In this document: piece after piece, positions 1-9,563 of the stretch
How the letters are laid out: every line of letters begins with the position of its first letter
Numbering within the stretch: position 1 is the stretch's first letter
Notes under the pieces: generated by a model
What the model was told of the DNA's origin: nothing
The model's input: only the letters and a program-made list of their open reading frames with translations
The model's database searches: none
Position numbers and translations under genes: made by a program
Assembly: GCF_000009045.1 (NCBI RefSeq)
Contig: NC_000964.3
Coordinates: forward strand, 2,820,001-2,852,000
Direction: 5' to 3'
Origin: Bacillus subtilis subsp. subtilis str. 168
GTDB taxonomy: Bacteria; Bacillota; Bacilli; Bacillales; Bacillaceae
DNA: 32,000 bases

Positions 1-50
1 AAAAAGTAACAGATGGGATCGAAAGCGGATTAGAGAAATACTTCCAATAA
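1..50 (+). CDS. yrvJ: 3' end (last 15 codons) of a plus-strand gene entering from the left edge; probably the cell-wall amidase gene that converges on dtd
   Basis: The frame beginning at nt 3 is open and reads KVTDGIESGLEKYFQ, ending at TAA 48-50. A G-I-x-x-Y-F tail is typical of Amidase_3 C-termini. Gene identity rests on synteny with B. subtilis, recalled from memory, and 15 aa is too little to prove it. Confidence 0.35.
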   Translation, partial: KVTDGIESGLEKYFQ

Positions 51-79
51 AAAAAGCTGCCTTTTGGCAGCTTTTTTTA
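51..79. terminator. Bidirectional intrinsic terminator shared by the left-edge gene and dtd
   Basis: Stem AGCTGCC (55-61) pairs with GGCAGCT (66-72) around loop TTTT. It is flanked by an A-run (51-55) and a T-run (72-78). The dtd stop codon (77-79) lies in the T-run. Confidence 0.8.
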
Positions 80-517
80 TTTTGAATCCATAATGAGCGT
101 GACCGGTCCGGAGTTTGTAAGCTGAACATCCATCATTGCTCCAAACGTTCCGGTCTCCACTTTGATTCCTTTTTCACGAAGCAGGTCATTCCATTTTTCA
201 TAAAGACCTAAAGCTTTATCAGGTTTGGCCGCGTTCATGTAGTTCGGCCGGCGCCCTTTTTTCGTATCTCCATAAAGCGTAAACTGTGAGACGGATAAAA
301 TCTCTCCTCCTATATCTACAAGAGACAGATTCATTTTCCCTTCACTGTCATCGAAAATACGGAGATTGACAACTTTATCGGCTAAATAAGCTGCATCATC
401 TTCTGTATCATCGTGAGTGATGCCGACCAGCACCATAAGGCCTTGTCCAATTTGGCCGACGACCTCTTCGTCCACTGTAACGCTTGCTTCTGTTACTCGC
501 TGAACAACTAATCTCTT
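77..517 (-). CDS. dtd: D-aminoacyl-tRNA deacylase (Dtd), an allele without a canonical start codon at the conserved N-terminus
   Basis: The 132-aa track ORF ([17 protein letters not shown]...SQFTL...NSGPVT) is clearly Dtd. The frame continues upstream of GTG 473-475 and encodes [14 protein letters not shown], the conserved Dtd N-terminus. An SD (AAAGGGG) lies 6 nt before codon 515-517, which is AAG. See findings. Confidence 0.8.
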   Translation of the reverse strand, partial: KRLVVQRVTEASVTVDEEVVGQIGQGLMVLVGITHDDTEDDAAYLADKVVNLRIFDDSEGKMNLSLVDIGGEILSVSQFTLYGDTKKGRRPNYMNAAKPDKALGLYEKWNDLLREKGIKVETGTFGAMMDVQLTNSGPVTLIMDSK

Positions 518-528
518 TTCTAACCCCT

Positions 529-2733
529 TTAGTTCATGACGCGGCGCACAGAATAGATATCTCTAATCTGTTTAATACGCTCGACGACTTTATGCAAGTG
601 ATTGATATTCTGGATAAAAATCGCCATATGGATGGTTGCCACTTTATTGCGATCCGATTTGCCAGAGACAGATGAAATATTGGTTTTCGTTTCATTCACT
701 GCCTGGAGTACCTCGTTCAGCAATCCGCGGCGGTCATACCCAAGAATCTCTATCTCAACATTGTATTCCTTGCGCTTTTGAACTTGTGACTCATGTTCCC
801 ACTCTACCGGGATCAGCCGCTCTTGGGCTTCATTCGTTTTGACATTCGGACAGTCTTCGCGATGGACCGAAACCCCTCTGCCTTTTGTGATAAAGCCGAC
901 AATATCATCACCTGGCACAGGATTGCAGCATTTTGATAAACGGACAAGGAGGTTGTCAATGCCCTTGACACGAACGCCAGCTTCCCGTTTTCTTCCTTGC
1001 GGGTATGGCTTAGGTTCCCCAGTGACTTCCTGAACGATCTTTTCCTGTTCTTCCTGGTCGCGCTGCTTTCTCTCTTTTTCTGTTAGGCGGTTCGCCACCT
1101 GCAGAGCTGTGATGCCGTTGTAACCGACCGCCGCGTACATATCCTCTTCATTTGAGAAATTAAATTTGTCAGCAACCTTTTGAATATTCTCCGGCGTTAA
1201 AACATCCTTCAATTCAAAATCCAAGTTTTTAATTTCTTTTTCGACCAGCTCACGGCCTTTTTCGACATTTTCTTCACGCCGCTGTTTCTTAAAGAATTGA
1301 CGGATTTTATGCTTCGCTTGGGATGTTTGGGCAAGCTTCACCCAATCCTGGCTCGGACCGTAGGAATGCTTAGAGGTGAGAATTTCAACGATATCACCTG
1401 TCCGAAGCTTATGGTCAAGCGTAACCATTTTTCCGTTTACTTTGGCACCGATTGTTTTATTGCCGATTTCAGAGTGAATCCGGTAAGAAAAGTCAATCGG
1501 AACAGAACCGGACGGAAGCTCGATTACATCTCCTTTTGGCGTAAAGACATACACCATGTCAGAGAACAAATCAATTTTGAGCGATTCCATAAATTCTTCT
1601 GCATCTGTCGATTCATTTTGAAATTCTAAAATTTCACGGAACCAAGAAAGCTTTTTCTCAAAGGTTGCACCTTCATTGGCTGCTTTCCCTTCTTTATAAG
1701 CCCAGTGAGCCGCAACCCCGTATTCCGCTATTTCATGCATTTCAAAGGTGCGGATCTGCACTTCAAGCGGATCGCCTTTAGGCCCAATAACCGTTGTATG
1801 AAGCGATTGATACATATTCGGCTTCGGCATTGCGATATAATCTTTGAATCTGCCTGGCATCGGTTTCCAGCATGTGTGAATGATGCCAAGCACCGCGTAG
1901 CAGTCCTTTATGCTATTCACAAGAATACGGACAGCCAACAAATCGTAAATTTCATTGAATTGCTTATTTTGCAGCACCATTTTTCGATAAATGCTGTAAA
2001 TATGTTTCGGGCGTCCCGAGAAGTCAGCCTTGATATTTACTTCTTCGACACGTTTCTTCACTTCATTGACAACCTCATCGACATAAAGCTCTCGTTCTGC
2101 ACGTTTCTTCTTCATGAGGTTGACAATTCTGTAATATTGCTGAGGGTTCAAATAACGGAGCGCCGTATCTTCCAATTCCCACTTAATTTTTGAAATCCCG
2201 AGACGATGCGCCAAAGGAGCAAAAATTTCCAGCGTTTCATTGGAGATTCTCCGCTGTTTTTCCTGAGGCAGATGTTTCAGTGTCCGCATATTGTGAAGAC
2301 GATCCGCCAGCTTGATCAATATGACCCTGATATCTTGAGCCATAGCGACAAACATTTTGCGATGATTTTCCGCCTGCTGTTCCTCTTGAGATTTATATTT
2401 AATTTTGCCGAGTTTCGTTACGCCGTCTACAAGCATTGCCACTTCTTCGGAAAATGCTTCTTTCAGGTCATCGAGCGTCACATCTGTATCTTCCACGACA
2501 TCGTGCAAAAATCCGCCCGCGATTGTGGAAGGGTCCATTTCAAGATCAACGAGTATCCCCGCAACCTGAATCGGATGAATAATATATGGCTCGCCCGATT
2601 TGCGGTATTGCTCGCGATGAGCATCTTCAGCGTACAGATATGCTTTTTCGACAAATGCGATATGCTCATCAGATAGATAGCTGCGTGCTTTATCTATAAC
2701 TTGCTCGGCAGTCAATACTTGTTCGTTCGCCAT
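529..2733 (-). CDS. relA: Bifunctional (p)ppGpp synthetase/hydrolase Rel (RelA/SpoT homologue)
   Basis: 734 aa. It has an HD hydrolase motif (HDVVEDT), a RelA/SpoT synthetase domain (YQSLHTTV), a TGS domain and a C-terminal ACT-like domain. ATG at 2731-2733. Confidence 0.97.
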   Translation of the reverse strand: MANEQVLTAEQVIDKARSYLSDEHIAFVEKAYLYAEDAHREQYRKSGEPYIIHPIQVAGILVDLEMDPSTIAGGFLHDVVEDTDVTLDDLKEAFSEEVAMLVDGVTKLGKIKYKSQEEQQAENHRKMFVAMAQDIRVILIKLADRLHNMRTLKHLPQEKQRRISNETLEIFAPLAHRLGISKIKWELEDTALRYLNPQQYYRIVNLMKKKRAERELYVDEVVNEVKKRVEEVNIKADFSGRPKHIYSIYRKMVLQNKQFNEIYDLLAVRILVNSIKDCYAVLGIIHTCWKPMPGRFKDYIAMPKPNMYQSLHTTVIGPKGDPLEVQIRTFEMHEIAEYGVAAHWAYKEGKAANEGATFEKKLSWFREILEFQNESTDAEEFMESLKIDLFSDMVYVFTPKGDVIELPSGSVPIDFSYRIHSEIGNKTIGAKVNGKMVTLDHKLRTGDIVEILTSKHSYGPSQDWVKLAQTSQAKHKIRQFFKKQRREENVEKGRELVEKEIKNLDFELKDVLTPENIQKVADKFNFSNEEDMYAAVGYNGITALQVANRLTEKERKQRDQEEQEKIVQEVTGEPKPYPQGRKREAGVRVKGIDNLLVRLSKCCNPVPGDDIVGFITKGRGVSVHREDCPNVKTNEAQERLIPVEWEHESQVQKRKEYNVEIEILGYDRRGLLNEVLQAVNETKTNISSVSGKSDRNKVATIHMAIFIQNINHLHKVVERIKQIRDIYSVRRVMN

Positions 2734-2772
2734 GGAATCACCTTTTTTAAAATGTAAACTGTATTGTAGTTT

Positions 2773-2801
2773 ATTATCAAGAAAAAAACGAAAGATGTAA
2801 A
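2773..2801 (-). promoter_or_regulatory. Candidate sigma-A promoter for relA
   Basis: On the minus strand: -35 TTTACA (2796-2801), a 17-nt spacer, then -10 GATAAT (2773-2778). It lies in an AT-rich gap downstream of the apt terminator. Confidence 0.35.
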
Positions 2802-2853
2802 GAGCAGAAGTTCAAATAGCCAAATATTATATAAAATAAATGCAAAACAATAG

Positions 2854-2886
2854 GAAAAAAGCACCCTGACATGGAGTGCTTTTTCG
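2854..2886 (-). terminator. Intrinsic terminator downstream of apt (probably leaky, ahead of relA)
   Basis: Stem AGCACCC (2860-2866) pairs with GG-A-GTGCT (2873-2880), with one bulge and a 6-nt loop. On the minus strand it is followed by TTTTTT (complement of 2854-2859). Confidence 0.55.
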
Positions 2887-2900
2887 TTATGCGGTTATCC

Positions 2901-3413
2901 TTAGTATTTCATCAATGTTAAGATGTCGTAATCTTCGAGCTTATTTCTGCCGTCAAGGTAAGAAAGCTCGATTAAGAAAGCGATACCAGCAACAACGCCG
3001 CCAAGTTCTTCAACAAGTTTGATTGTCGCTTCAATTGTGCCGCCTGTCGCAAGCAGGTCATCTGTAATAAGCACACGCTGACCAGGCTTAATCGCATCTT
3101 TGTGGATCGTTAATACGTCTTTTCCGTATTCCAAGCCATAATCCACTTTGATTACTTCACGAGGCAACTTGCCTTCTTTGCGGACCGGCGCAAAACCTAC
3201 GCCAAGCGCGTAAGCAACGGGACAGCCGATAATAAAGCCGCGCGCTTCAGGGCCAACGACCAAATCAATTTGCTTTTCTTTCGCATATTCAACAATTTGA
3301 TCTGTGGCATAGCGGTATACATCGCCTTTATCCATCAGTGTCGTAATATCTTTAAATTGCACGCCCTCTTTCGGGTAATCCGGTACAATTGTTACGTATT
3401 GTTTTAAATCCAT
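2901..3413 (-). CDS. apt: Adenine phosphoribosyltransferase
   Basis: 170 aa with PRPP-binding motif [13 protein letters not shown]. The SD GGAGGA lies inside the recJ 3' end. There is a 5-nt gap to the recJ stop. Confidence 0.97.
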   Translation of the reverse strand: MDLKQYVTIVPDYPKEGVQFKDITTLMDKGDVYRYATDQIVEYAKEKQIDLVVGPEARGFIIGCPVAYALGVGFAPVRKEGKLPREVIKVDYGLEYGKDVLTIHKDAIKPGQRVLITDDLLATGGTIEATIKLVEELGGVVAGIAFLIELSYLDGRNKLEDYDILTLMKY

Positions 3414-3418
3414 CTGTT

Positions 3419-5779
3419 TTATGTCCTCCTCGTACTTTCATAAGCCTCTGAATCTTGTTTCATCAGCTTATTCAGCCATTCCTTCAGCTCTTCAGCAGAA
3501 GAATAATTCAGCTTTTGATCCAGTTCCATCAGCTGCTGTTTCGCCTGATATGTTTGTGAGTCTGTTAAGTCGCGTTTCTTTGCTCCGCTCACAACAGACA
3601 GCACACCATTCTCTATTTTAACAAAACCGAGATCAAAAAACACCTTTGTCATGAAATTGATTGTTTCAACGGACCAGCCTTTATGTTTTGCAAGCTCTGA
3701 ACCGTGTTTTTTCACGTCAAAAGCGCCTCTTTTCAGCAAGAACGCATAATACCATTTAAAGTGGTCTCTTGCGGGAAAAGTTGATAAAAAGTGGTCCTCA
3801 TGATTGAGAAAAATAAAATATATCCGCTCGGGCGCCTTTCCTTCCAGCAAACGTGCGAGCATGTCCAGCGAAGGCGGCGGATCCAGTAATACAATATATG
3901 CACCATCGAGGTCAAACGCCTTTGCTTGATCTTTAGAACTGATGACGTGCACTTCTCGGCGAAGGTCTTCAGTTTGAAGTAATGTTGTTGAGTCTTCTTT
4001 GAAAGAGACAATGGCCCGTTTAGCAGATGGAAGGGCGGAAACTGTGTCTTCCCACGTCCGTTTTCCCCTTAAATCAAACAGCTGCCATTCAGAAACAGCG
4101 GCATCCTTTATCATAAGCTGCGGCTTTTTTCGATTGTTCCATTCGTTGATTGACATCTCACCGACAATGGAAATTCTTGAACCCGGTACGATGCCTTCTT
4201 GAAGCTCGCCTTTATTAAAACCGACGCAATCAAGCTGGGACGACTCGTTTCTGATCGTCATTTTGACATGAGTTTTATTTGCCCCTATCTTGCGGACATC
4301 TTCCAGTACTGCATTTTCTACGAGAACGTGCGGTTTCGGGTTCAGCATGCCAAAAGGAGACAGCATGTTCATTTCTGCGATGCTTTCAACTGTAATGTCT
4401 TCGACGCCGCAGACAAGGTCGACTTCCTGTACGGGAATAAAATCCTCTTCCGTAAGCGTATTGTCCGCTATTTCATTCAGCCTGCTTCGCAAATCCGGCA
4501 CATCTTCGGCTTTCAGCGTCATCCCCGCAGCCATTGGATGGCCGCCGAAATGAGGAAGAATATCTCTGCATTCAGAAAGGCTCTCAAATAAATTAAATCC
4601 TCTGATGCTTCGGGCCGAACCTTTAGCGATTCCCTTTTCTTCATCAATACCAAGAACAATGGCCGGTCGGTAGAAACGGTCCACAAGCTTTGAAGCCACA
4701 ATCCCGACGACTCCCGGGTTCCATCCGGCTTTGGCCACGACAATTGCAGTTTGATCGAGCCCTTGCTGTTCAACCATTTCAATCGCTTCATCCGTCATTT
4801 TGCTGACCATTTTTTGGCGCTCTTTGTTCAGCTGGTCAATTTCTGCGGCAAGCTCTTCCGCTTCAAACGAATCCTCTGACATAAGCAAATGAACAGCGGG
4901 ATCCGCCTGTTCGATTCTTCCGACGGCATTCAGCCTTGGTGCGAGCTGAAATCCGACTGTTTCTTCGTTCGCTTCTCCGATGTCTCCGCCTGACAGCTTA
5001 ATCAGCTCTTTTAAGCCGAGCCGATTTGTCCGTCGAAGCCTTTCAAGTCCTAGTGTTGCTATTAATCTGTTTTCGTCATGCAGCGGGACTAGATCGGCAA
5101 TGGTGCCGATAGCCGCCAGGTCAAGCAGTTCATCAGGAAGTTCACCCAATAAAGCGTGGGCAAGCTTAAACGCGACTCCAACCCCGGCAAGCTCTTTAAA
5201 CGGGTAAGTGCAGCCAGGCTGCTTCGGGTGGACGATCGCACGGACATCCGGAAGCTCCGGTCCCGGTTCATGATGATCGGTAATGATGACATCCAGTCCG
5301 AGTTCCTTTGCCACCTTCGCTTCATGCACAGCGGCAATTCCTGTATCAACCGTAATGATCAAAGAGAAGCCCCGTTCTTTAATCGAACGAAACGCCTGTT
5401 CATTAGGTCCATATCCTTCTTTAAAACGGTCAGGTATATAAAAATCAACTTGAGCCGACAGTTTTTGCAGCGTGTGAAGCATCACTGACGTACTTGTAAC
5501 CCCATCGGCGTCATAATCGCCATATATCATAATCTTTTCTTGTTGTGAAATCGCCTGTTTTATTCGATCTGCCGCTTCTTTCATGCCTTTCATTTCAAAA
5601 GGATCATAAAAATCGGCATCCTTTGTATGTAAAAACAGCCTAGCGCTTTCTGCCGTATCAAAGCCTCTTTTTACAAGCAGGGACGCAACAAGAGGTGTTA
5701 TATGCAATTGTTCTGTGAGTGATTTGACCTTATCCTGATCTGGTCGCTGGATTTCCCATCGCATTTTTGACGCTAACAT
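3419..5779 (-). CDS. recJ: Single-stranded-DNA-specific exonuclease RecJ
   Basis: DHH family motifs are present ([16 protein letters not shown]) plus DHHA1 (GGHPMAAG). I chose ATG 5777-5779 (786 aa) because GAGGGGTGA sits 5 nt upstream. The track start (TTG 5794) has no SD. Confidence 0.93.
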   Translation of the reverse strand: MLASKMRWEIQRPDQDKVKSLTEQLHITPLVASLLVKRGFDTAESARLFLHTKDADFYDPFEMKGMKEAADRIKQAISQQEKIMIYGDYDADGVTSTSVMLHTLQKLSAQVDFYIPDRFKEGYGPNEQAFRSIKERGFSLIITVDTGIAAVHEAKVAKELGLDVIITDHHEPGPELPDVRAIVHPKQPGCTYPFKELAGVGVAFKLAHALLGELPDELLDLAAIGTIADLVPLHDENRLIATLGLERLRRTNRLGLKELIKLSGGDIGEANEETVGFQLAPRLNAVGRIEQADPAVHLLMSEDSFEAEELAAEIDQLNKERQKMVSKMTDEAIEMVEQQGLDQTAIVVAKAGWNPGVVGIVASKLVDRFYRPAIVLGIDEEKGIAKGSARSIRGFNLFESLSECRDILPHFGGHPMAAGMTLKAEDVPDLRSRLNEIADNTLTEEDFIPVQEVDLVCGVEDITVESIAEMNMLSPFGMLNPKPHVLVENAVLEDVRKIGANKTHVKMTIRNESSQLDCVGFNKGELQEGIVPGSRISIVGEMSINEWNNRKKPQLMIKDAAVSEWQLFDLRGKRTWEDTVSALPSAKRAIVSFKEDSTTLLQTEDLRREVHVISSKDQAKAFDLDGAYIVLLDPPPSLDMLARLLEGKAPERIYFIFLNHEDHFLSTFPARDHFKWYYAFLLKRGAFDVKKHGSELAKHKGWSVETINFMTKVFFDLGFVKIENGVLSVVSGAKKRDLTDSQTYQAKQQLMELDQKLNYSSAEELKEWLNKLMKQDSEAYESTRRT

Positions 5780-5801
5780 AAATTCACCCCTCAACCACCC
5801 T

Positions 5802-5831
5802 ATTATACTAGAGCAGGCTGAGGGGTTTCAA
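5802..5831 (-). promoter_or_regulatory. Candidate sigma-A promoter for recJ-apt
   Basis: On the minus strand: -35 TTGAAA (5826-5831), an 18-nt spacer, then a perfect -10 TATAAT (5802-5807), about 20 nt upstream of the recJ SD. Confidence 0.55.
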
Positions 5832-5845
5832 ATAATATTCGAAAA

Positions 5846-6169
5846 CTAGTCTTTTTTCTCAATCATGGCTGATGCATCCTGTGTGTCAGTCTGATCAGCA
5901 AGATGAGTATCCTCTTGTTTATGTATTGCTGTTCTATTTTCTTTCCGCAAGGTTTTTATTTCCCGCTTCAATTTCATTACCTGAAAAATGCCGACAGAAA
6001 ATACGATCAGTGCTCCCATTAAAACTGAGCCCAAAATAACAAGAATGAGCGGCCATTCTGATCTTCCAAACAGGTAATCAACTTCTACGGATCGAACATT
6101 AATGACTGCGAAAATAGCGACAATTAAGGTGAAAATAAGTGCGAAAATAATGGTCCATTGTTTATTCAT
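5846..6169 (-). CDS. yrvD: Small membrane protein, LapA/DUF1049-like (two TM helices, acidic C-terminal tail)
   Basis: Start ATG 6167-6169 has GGGGG 8 nt upstream. The sequence is MNKQWTIIFALIFTLIVAIFAV...WPLILVILGSVLMGALIVF, followed by a charged tail. The 15-aa track extension lacks an SD. Confidence 0.8.
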   Translation of the reverse strand: MNKQWTIIFALIFTLIVAIFAVINVRSVEVDYLFGRSEWPLILVILGSVLMGALIVFSVGIFQVMKLKREIKTLRKENRTAIHKQEDTHLADQTDTQDASAMIEKKD

Positions 6170-6244
6170 TCTCTTTTCCCCCAAACTTCTTATTGAGGTA
6201 ACTTTCCCAATCAAGACTGGTTTTAAACATGGCTTAACACTAGG

Positions 6245-6742
6245 TTAAGCTCCCTTTGCTGTTAATTTTTCCCGGATCAGCCTCTTCAGTCCGGTTCCCT
6301 CACCGGAAATCACAAGTGTATCGCCTTCGTCAATGACTGTTTCAGAGCTCGGATTCAGTTGTTTATCCTGATTCTTTTTAACAATTGCAATGACCGTCAC
6401 ATGATATTCCTGACCCACATTCAAATCACCAATCGTCTGATGAATGGCAGGCGCTCCCGCCTCTGCTTTACACCACTCTATAATCAAATCATCAAGGGCT
6501 GACTCGACCTGTTCTAATGCTTTCGGTTTATATGCCATTCCGCCAAGAATTGCAGACATTTGCCTTGCTTCAGCGTCATCAAACTGCACGGAGGCAACAC
6601 ATTCCTCATGGTCGTTTTCGTCAAAATAGTAAAGCTCTCTCCGTCCGTCATGATGAATGATAATTGAAATTTTATCACGGTTTCTAGTAATCATTTCAAC
6701 TTTTTGTCCTATGCCCGGCAGCTCTGATTCGCGAACCCTCAT
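6245..6742 (-). CDS. yrvC: KhtT-like cation:proton antiporter regulatory subunit (N-domain plus RCK_C/TrkA_C)
   Basis: 165 aa. The C-terminal RCK_C signature is VTVIAIVKKNQDKQLNPSSETVIDEGDTLVISG. The N-terminal LPGIGQK...IIIHHDGRRELYYF resembles KhtT/YhaT. The SD is GGAGGG. Confidence 0.85.
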   Translation of the reverse strand: MRVRESELPGIGQKVEMITRNRDKISIIIHHDGRRELYYFDENDHEECVASVQFDDAEARQMSAILGGMAYKPKALEQVESALDDLIIEWCKAEAGAPAIHQTIGDLNVGQEYHVTVIAIVKKNQDKQLNPSSETVIDEGDTLVISGEGTGLKRLIREKLTAKGA

Positions 6743-6822
6743 ATATAAACCCTCCTACATATCTGAAAACCAGCCATAAACACTTTTAACACCATATATA
6801 TGTTTAAATGTAAGCGTATGTC

Positions 6823-6851
6823 ATTATAGCAAATGTCTATTTTAAGTTCAA
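6823..6851 (-). promoter_or_regulatory. Strong sigma-A-type promoter for yrvC(-yrvD)
   Basis: On the minus strand: -35 TTGAAC (6846-6851), a 17-nt spacer, then an extended -10 TGCTATAAT (-10 hexamer at 6823-6828). This predicts a leader of about 70 nt. Confidence 0.6.
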
Positions 6852-6860
6852 TGAAACTTC

Positions 6861-6892
6861 AAAAAACAGGCTGCCCTGCAGAGGACAGCCTG
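6861..6892 (-). terminator. Intrinsic terminator of secDF
   Basis: Stem CAGGCTGCCC (6867-6876) pairs with GGACAGCCTG (6883-6892), with one mismatch and a 6-nt loop. On the minus strand it is followed by TTTTTT (complement of 6861-6866). Confidence 0.75.
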
Positions 6893-6899
6893 ATATTTT

Positions 6900-9113
6900 T
6901 TATTGCGCCGAATCTTTTTTCAGTTCTCTTCCTTTCCATGCAAGCCAAATTTGTGCGGCAATGTATAGAGAAGAATAAACGCCTGTTAACAGCCCGACCA
7001 ATAAAGCAATTGAGAAGTTAGTAATAGAAGATGCTCCAAAGATCAGCAATGTCACAACAACAATCACAACGGTTAATACAGTGTTAATTGAACGTGTAAA
7101 GGTTTGCTGCAGGCTCAGGTTTACAATATGGTTCAGATCGGCAAAGGTTTTCGGCTTACGCTTTTTCATATGCTCGCGGACCCTGTCAAATGTAACGATT
7201 GTATCGTTAATGGAATACCCGATTATCGTCAAGATGGCCGCGATGAATGTAACATCTACCTCAAGCCTTGTAATACTGAAGAACGTGACGATAAAGAATG
7301 CGTCATATAGCAATGAGGCGATGGCAGCAATCGCCATTTTGTATTCGAATCGGATTGAAACGTAAATAATGATGCCAATAGAAGCTATAGCAACTGCGTA
7401 CAGCGCATTTCTCGCCAGCTCCTTACCGACTGTCGGTGAAACTGTGCTGACATTTGGATCAGATCCGTATTTGTCTTTAAAATACGTTTTTACTTTTGCA
7501 ATGGTTTCTTTATCTGGCACCCCGACAAAACGGGCAACACCGATATTGCTCTTTTCGCCTGACAGAACTACAGTATCAGGGTCCATACCCAGAGATTCAA
7601 AATCCTTCTCAACTTGCTCTGTCGTCAGCTTATGGTCGCTTTGCACTTCAATCCGTGCACCGCTTGCAAAGTCAATGCCAAGATTCAGCCTGAACACAAG
7701 CAGGATAATAATCCCGGCAACCGTGACCGCACTGGAGAAAATAAAGAAGTATTTGCGTTTGCTCGTGAAATCCCATTTTTGGAATGGCGTATGCGGCTCT
7801 GTATTTTCATCCGTATCCTGAATATCCATGATATGTTTCTTATTGACACCAAACCAGCCTTTTTTCCGATCAAGCCATCTGCTTTCCACAAGGAGAGCGA
7901 GGAGAAATCTCGATAAGAAAACGGCAGTGATAAAGCTTGTCAAAATCGATAGGATCAGCATTGTCGCAAACCCTTTAACAGAGCTTGTCCCAAAGATAAA
8001 GAGCACAACCGCTGCAATAATGGTTGTAATATTCGCGTCAAAAATCGTCGCAAATGACCGTCTGTTTCCTGAACGGAAGGCAGAGCGGACTGACTTTCCT
8101 AGCTTGAGCTCTTCTTTAATCCGCTCATAGGTAATAATGTTGGCGTCAACAGCCATCCCGACACCTAAAATGAGAGCGGCAATTCCCGGAAGCGTGAGTA
8201 CGGCATTCATCCAGTCAAAGATCTGGAGTGTAATGTAGATATAAACAGACAGCGTAATCACCGCGATTAATCCCGGCAGACGGTAATAGAAAAGCATAAA
8301 TAAGAAAATAATTGCGATACCGACAATACCGGCAAACACCGTATCATGGAGAGCCTGCTGGCCGAATTGCGCGCCTACTGATGTCGAATACTTTTCAGTC
8401 AGTTTCACAGGAAGTGCGCCTGCGTTTAAAATGCTGGCTAAATCTTTCGCTTCTTGAGCTGTGAAATGACCTTCAATTTTTACATCAGTTGTATTTAGTT
8501 CCTGACTTACATTTGGAGCGGATACAAATTTAGGATGCTCTTTTTGAACTTCTTTCTTAAAGGAATCACCTTTATCATAATCCAACCAAATGACAAGCTG
8601 GTTGTTTGGCGCCATTTTCATGACCTTCTTGGTCACTTCACCAAATTTATCAGCGTCTTTCAGCTTAATCGTGACAATTGGCTCATTTGTTGTGCTATCA
8701 TAAGTTTGTTTAGCGCCGTTTTCGACTAGATCAGCACCGTTTAACAGTTCCTTATCATTTGCATCTCTGAAAGAAAGCTGCGCTTCAGTCGCCAAAATTT
8801 CACGCGCTCTGTTTTGGTTTGTCACGCCAGCGAGCTGAACGCGAATCCGGTTATTCCCTTCAATTTGGATGTTCGGTTCGCTGACACCGAGAACATTGGC
8901 CCGGCGGTTCAGTGCCTCTACTGTGCTGACCAGAACGTCTTTTGTGATTTTGTCACCTTTTTTTACAGGCTGTACATCATACAGCACCTCAAATCCGCCT
9001 TGCAAATCCAATCCTAACGTAATATTGTTAGCGGCAGGCTTCGTAAAGTAGCCCAAGCCCGTGCCGATCAATAGAACGAAAAGGAAAAACGCAATCAAGC
9101 GTCCTTTTTTCAT
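6900..9113 (-). CDS. secDF: Fused protein-export membrane protein SecDF
   Basis: 737 aa in a single polypeptide. The SecD-like half has a large periplasmic loop, and the SecF-like half has a second set of TM helices. SD GGGAGGA precedes ATG 9111-9113. Confidence 0.97.
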   Translation of the reverse strand: MKKGRLIAFFLFVLLIGTGLGYFTKPAANNITLGLDLQGGFEVLYDVQPVKKGDKITKDVLVSTVEALNRRANVLGVSEPNIQIEGNNRIRVQLAGVTNQNRAREILATEAQLSFRDANDKELLNGADLVENGAKQTYDSTTNEPIVTIKLKDADKFGEVTKKVMKMAPNNQLVIWLDYDKGDSFKKEVQKEHPKFVSAPNVSQELNTTDVKIEGHFTAQEAKDLASILNAGALPVKLTEKYSTSVGAQFGQQALHDTVFAGIVGIAIIFLFMLFYYRLPGLIAVITLSVYIYITLQIFDWMNAVLTLPGIAALILGVGMAVDANIITYERIKEELKLGKSVRSAFRSGNRRSFATIFDANITTIIAAVVLFIFGTSSVKGFATMLILSILTSFITAVFLSRFLLALLVESRWLDRKKGWFGVNKKHIMDIQDTDENTEPHTPFQKWDFTSKRKYFFIFSSAVTVAGIIILLVFRLNLGIDFASGARIEVQSDHKLTTEQVEKDFESLGMDPDTVVLSGEKSNIGVARFVGVPDKETIAKVKTYFKDKYGSDPNVSTVSPTVGKELARNALYAVAIASIGIIIYVSIRFEYKMAIAAIASLLYDAFFIVTFFSITRLEVDVTFIAAILTIIGYSINDTIVTFDRVREHMKKRKPKTFADLNHIVNLSLQQTFTRSINTVLTVVIVVVTLLIFGASSITNFSIALLVGLLTGVYSSLYIAAQIWLAWKGRELKKDSAQ

Positions 9114-9151
9114 TATGTATATCCTCCCTTAAACCTGTGCGAATCAACCTG

Positions 9152-9448
9152 CTATCTCAGCAGTTCTTCCAATGCTTCCTGGCCCTCTTCACTGCCCAGC
9201 CAATTAGACGTTTTAAATGACTCAACGGTTGCATAGTTCATAAATTCGCCAATTTTCACTGATAAAATATCACTCGCCAGTTCATAAATGCTCAGTTCCG
9301 TTTTCTTTTTCCACTTCTTATCTGTTAAGTATGACCACAAACTTTCGAGTTCAACATCATCATACCCGAGAATCTTAAACTCTTCCAGTTTGCTGTAAAG
9401 AAACGGCCTGACGTGGTCTTTATATAGATCGGCTGGATGCTTCTCCAC
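9152..9448 (-). CDS. comN: Post-transcriptional regulator ComN
   Basis: Small acidic protein (...HPADLYKDHVRPFLYSKLEEFKILGYDD...). The track start GTG 9457 is only 1 nt from AAGGAG, so the second in-frame GTG (9446-9448, spacing 10 nt, 98 aa) is more plausible. Confidence 0.8.
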   Translation of the reverse strand: MEKHPADLYKDHVRPFLYSKLEEFKILGYDDVELESLWSYLTDKKWKKKTELSIYELASDILSVKIGEFMNYATVESFKTSNWLGSEEGQEALEELLR

Positions 9449-9563
9449 GAATTCCACGCTCCTTTTTTATTGTTTTTCAAGAAGACTTGTCATGCTTGGA
9501 CGACATATACGCATATCTTTATTGTATATGATTCCAGGTAGTTTGAGAAGGCAGGGGGTAAAA

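Noticed and set aside
1297-2676. Plus-strand ORFs of 110-162 aa inside relA (1297-1629, 1705-2193, 2206-2676)
   Set aside because: These are antisense shadow ORFs of a strongly supported gene. They have no SD, their sequences are Phe/Ile/Arg/Cys-rich nonsense-like, and no intergenic space exists for promoters. The same applies to the antisense ORFs in recJ, secDF, tgt, queA, ruvB, csbX, yrbE, yrbD and nadB.
9458-9563. Sigma-E-type promoter for spoVB, and similar sporulation-sigma promoters upstream of safA (25839-25954) and coxA
   Set aside because: CATA-containing -10-like strings are present (for example CATATTGT upstream of safA). I could not fit both the -35 and -10 elements at consensus spacing with confidence, so I do not list them as features.
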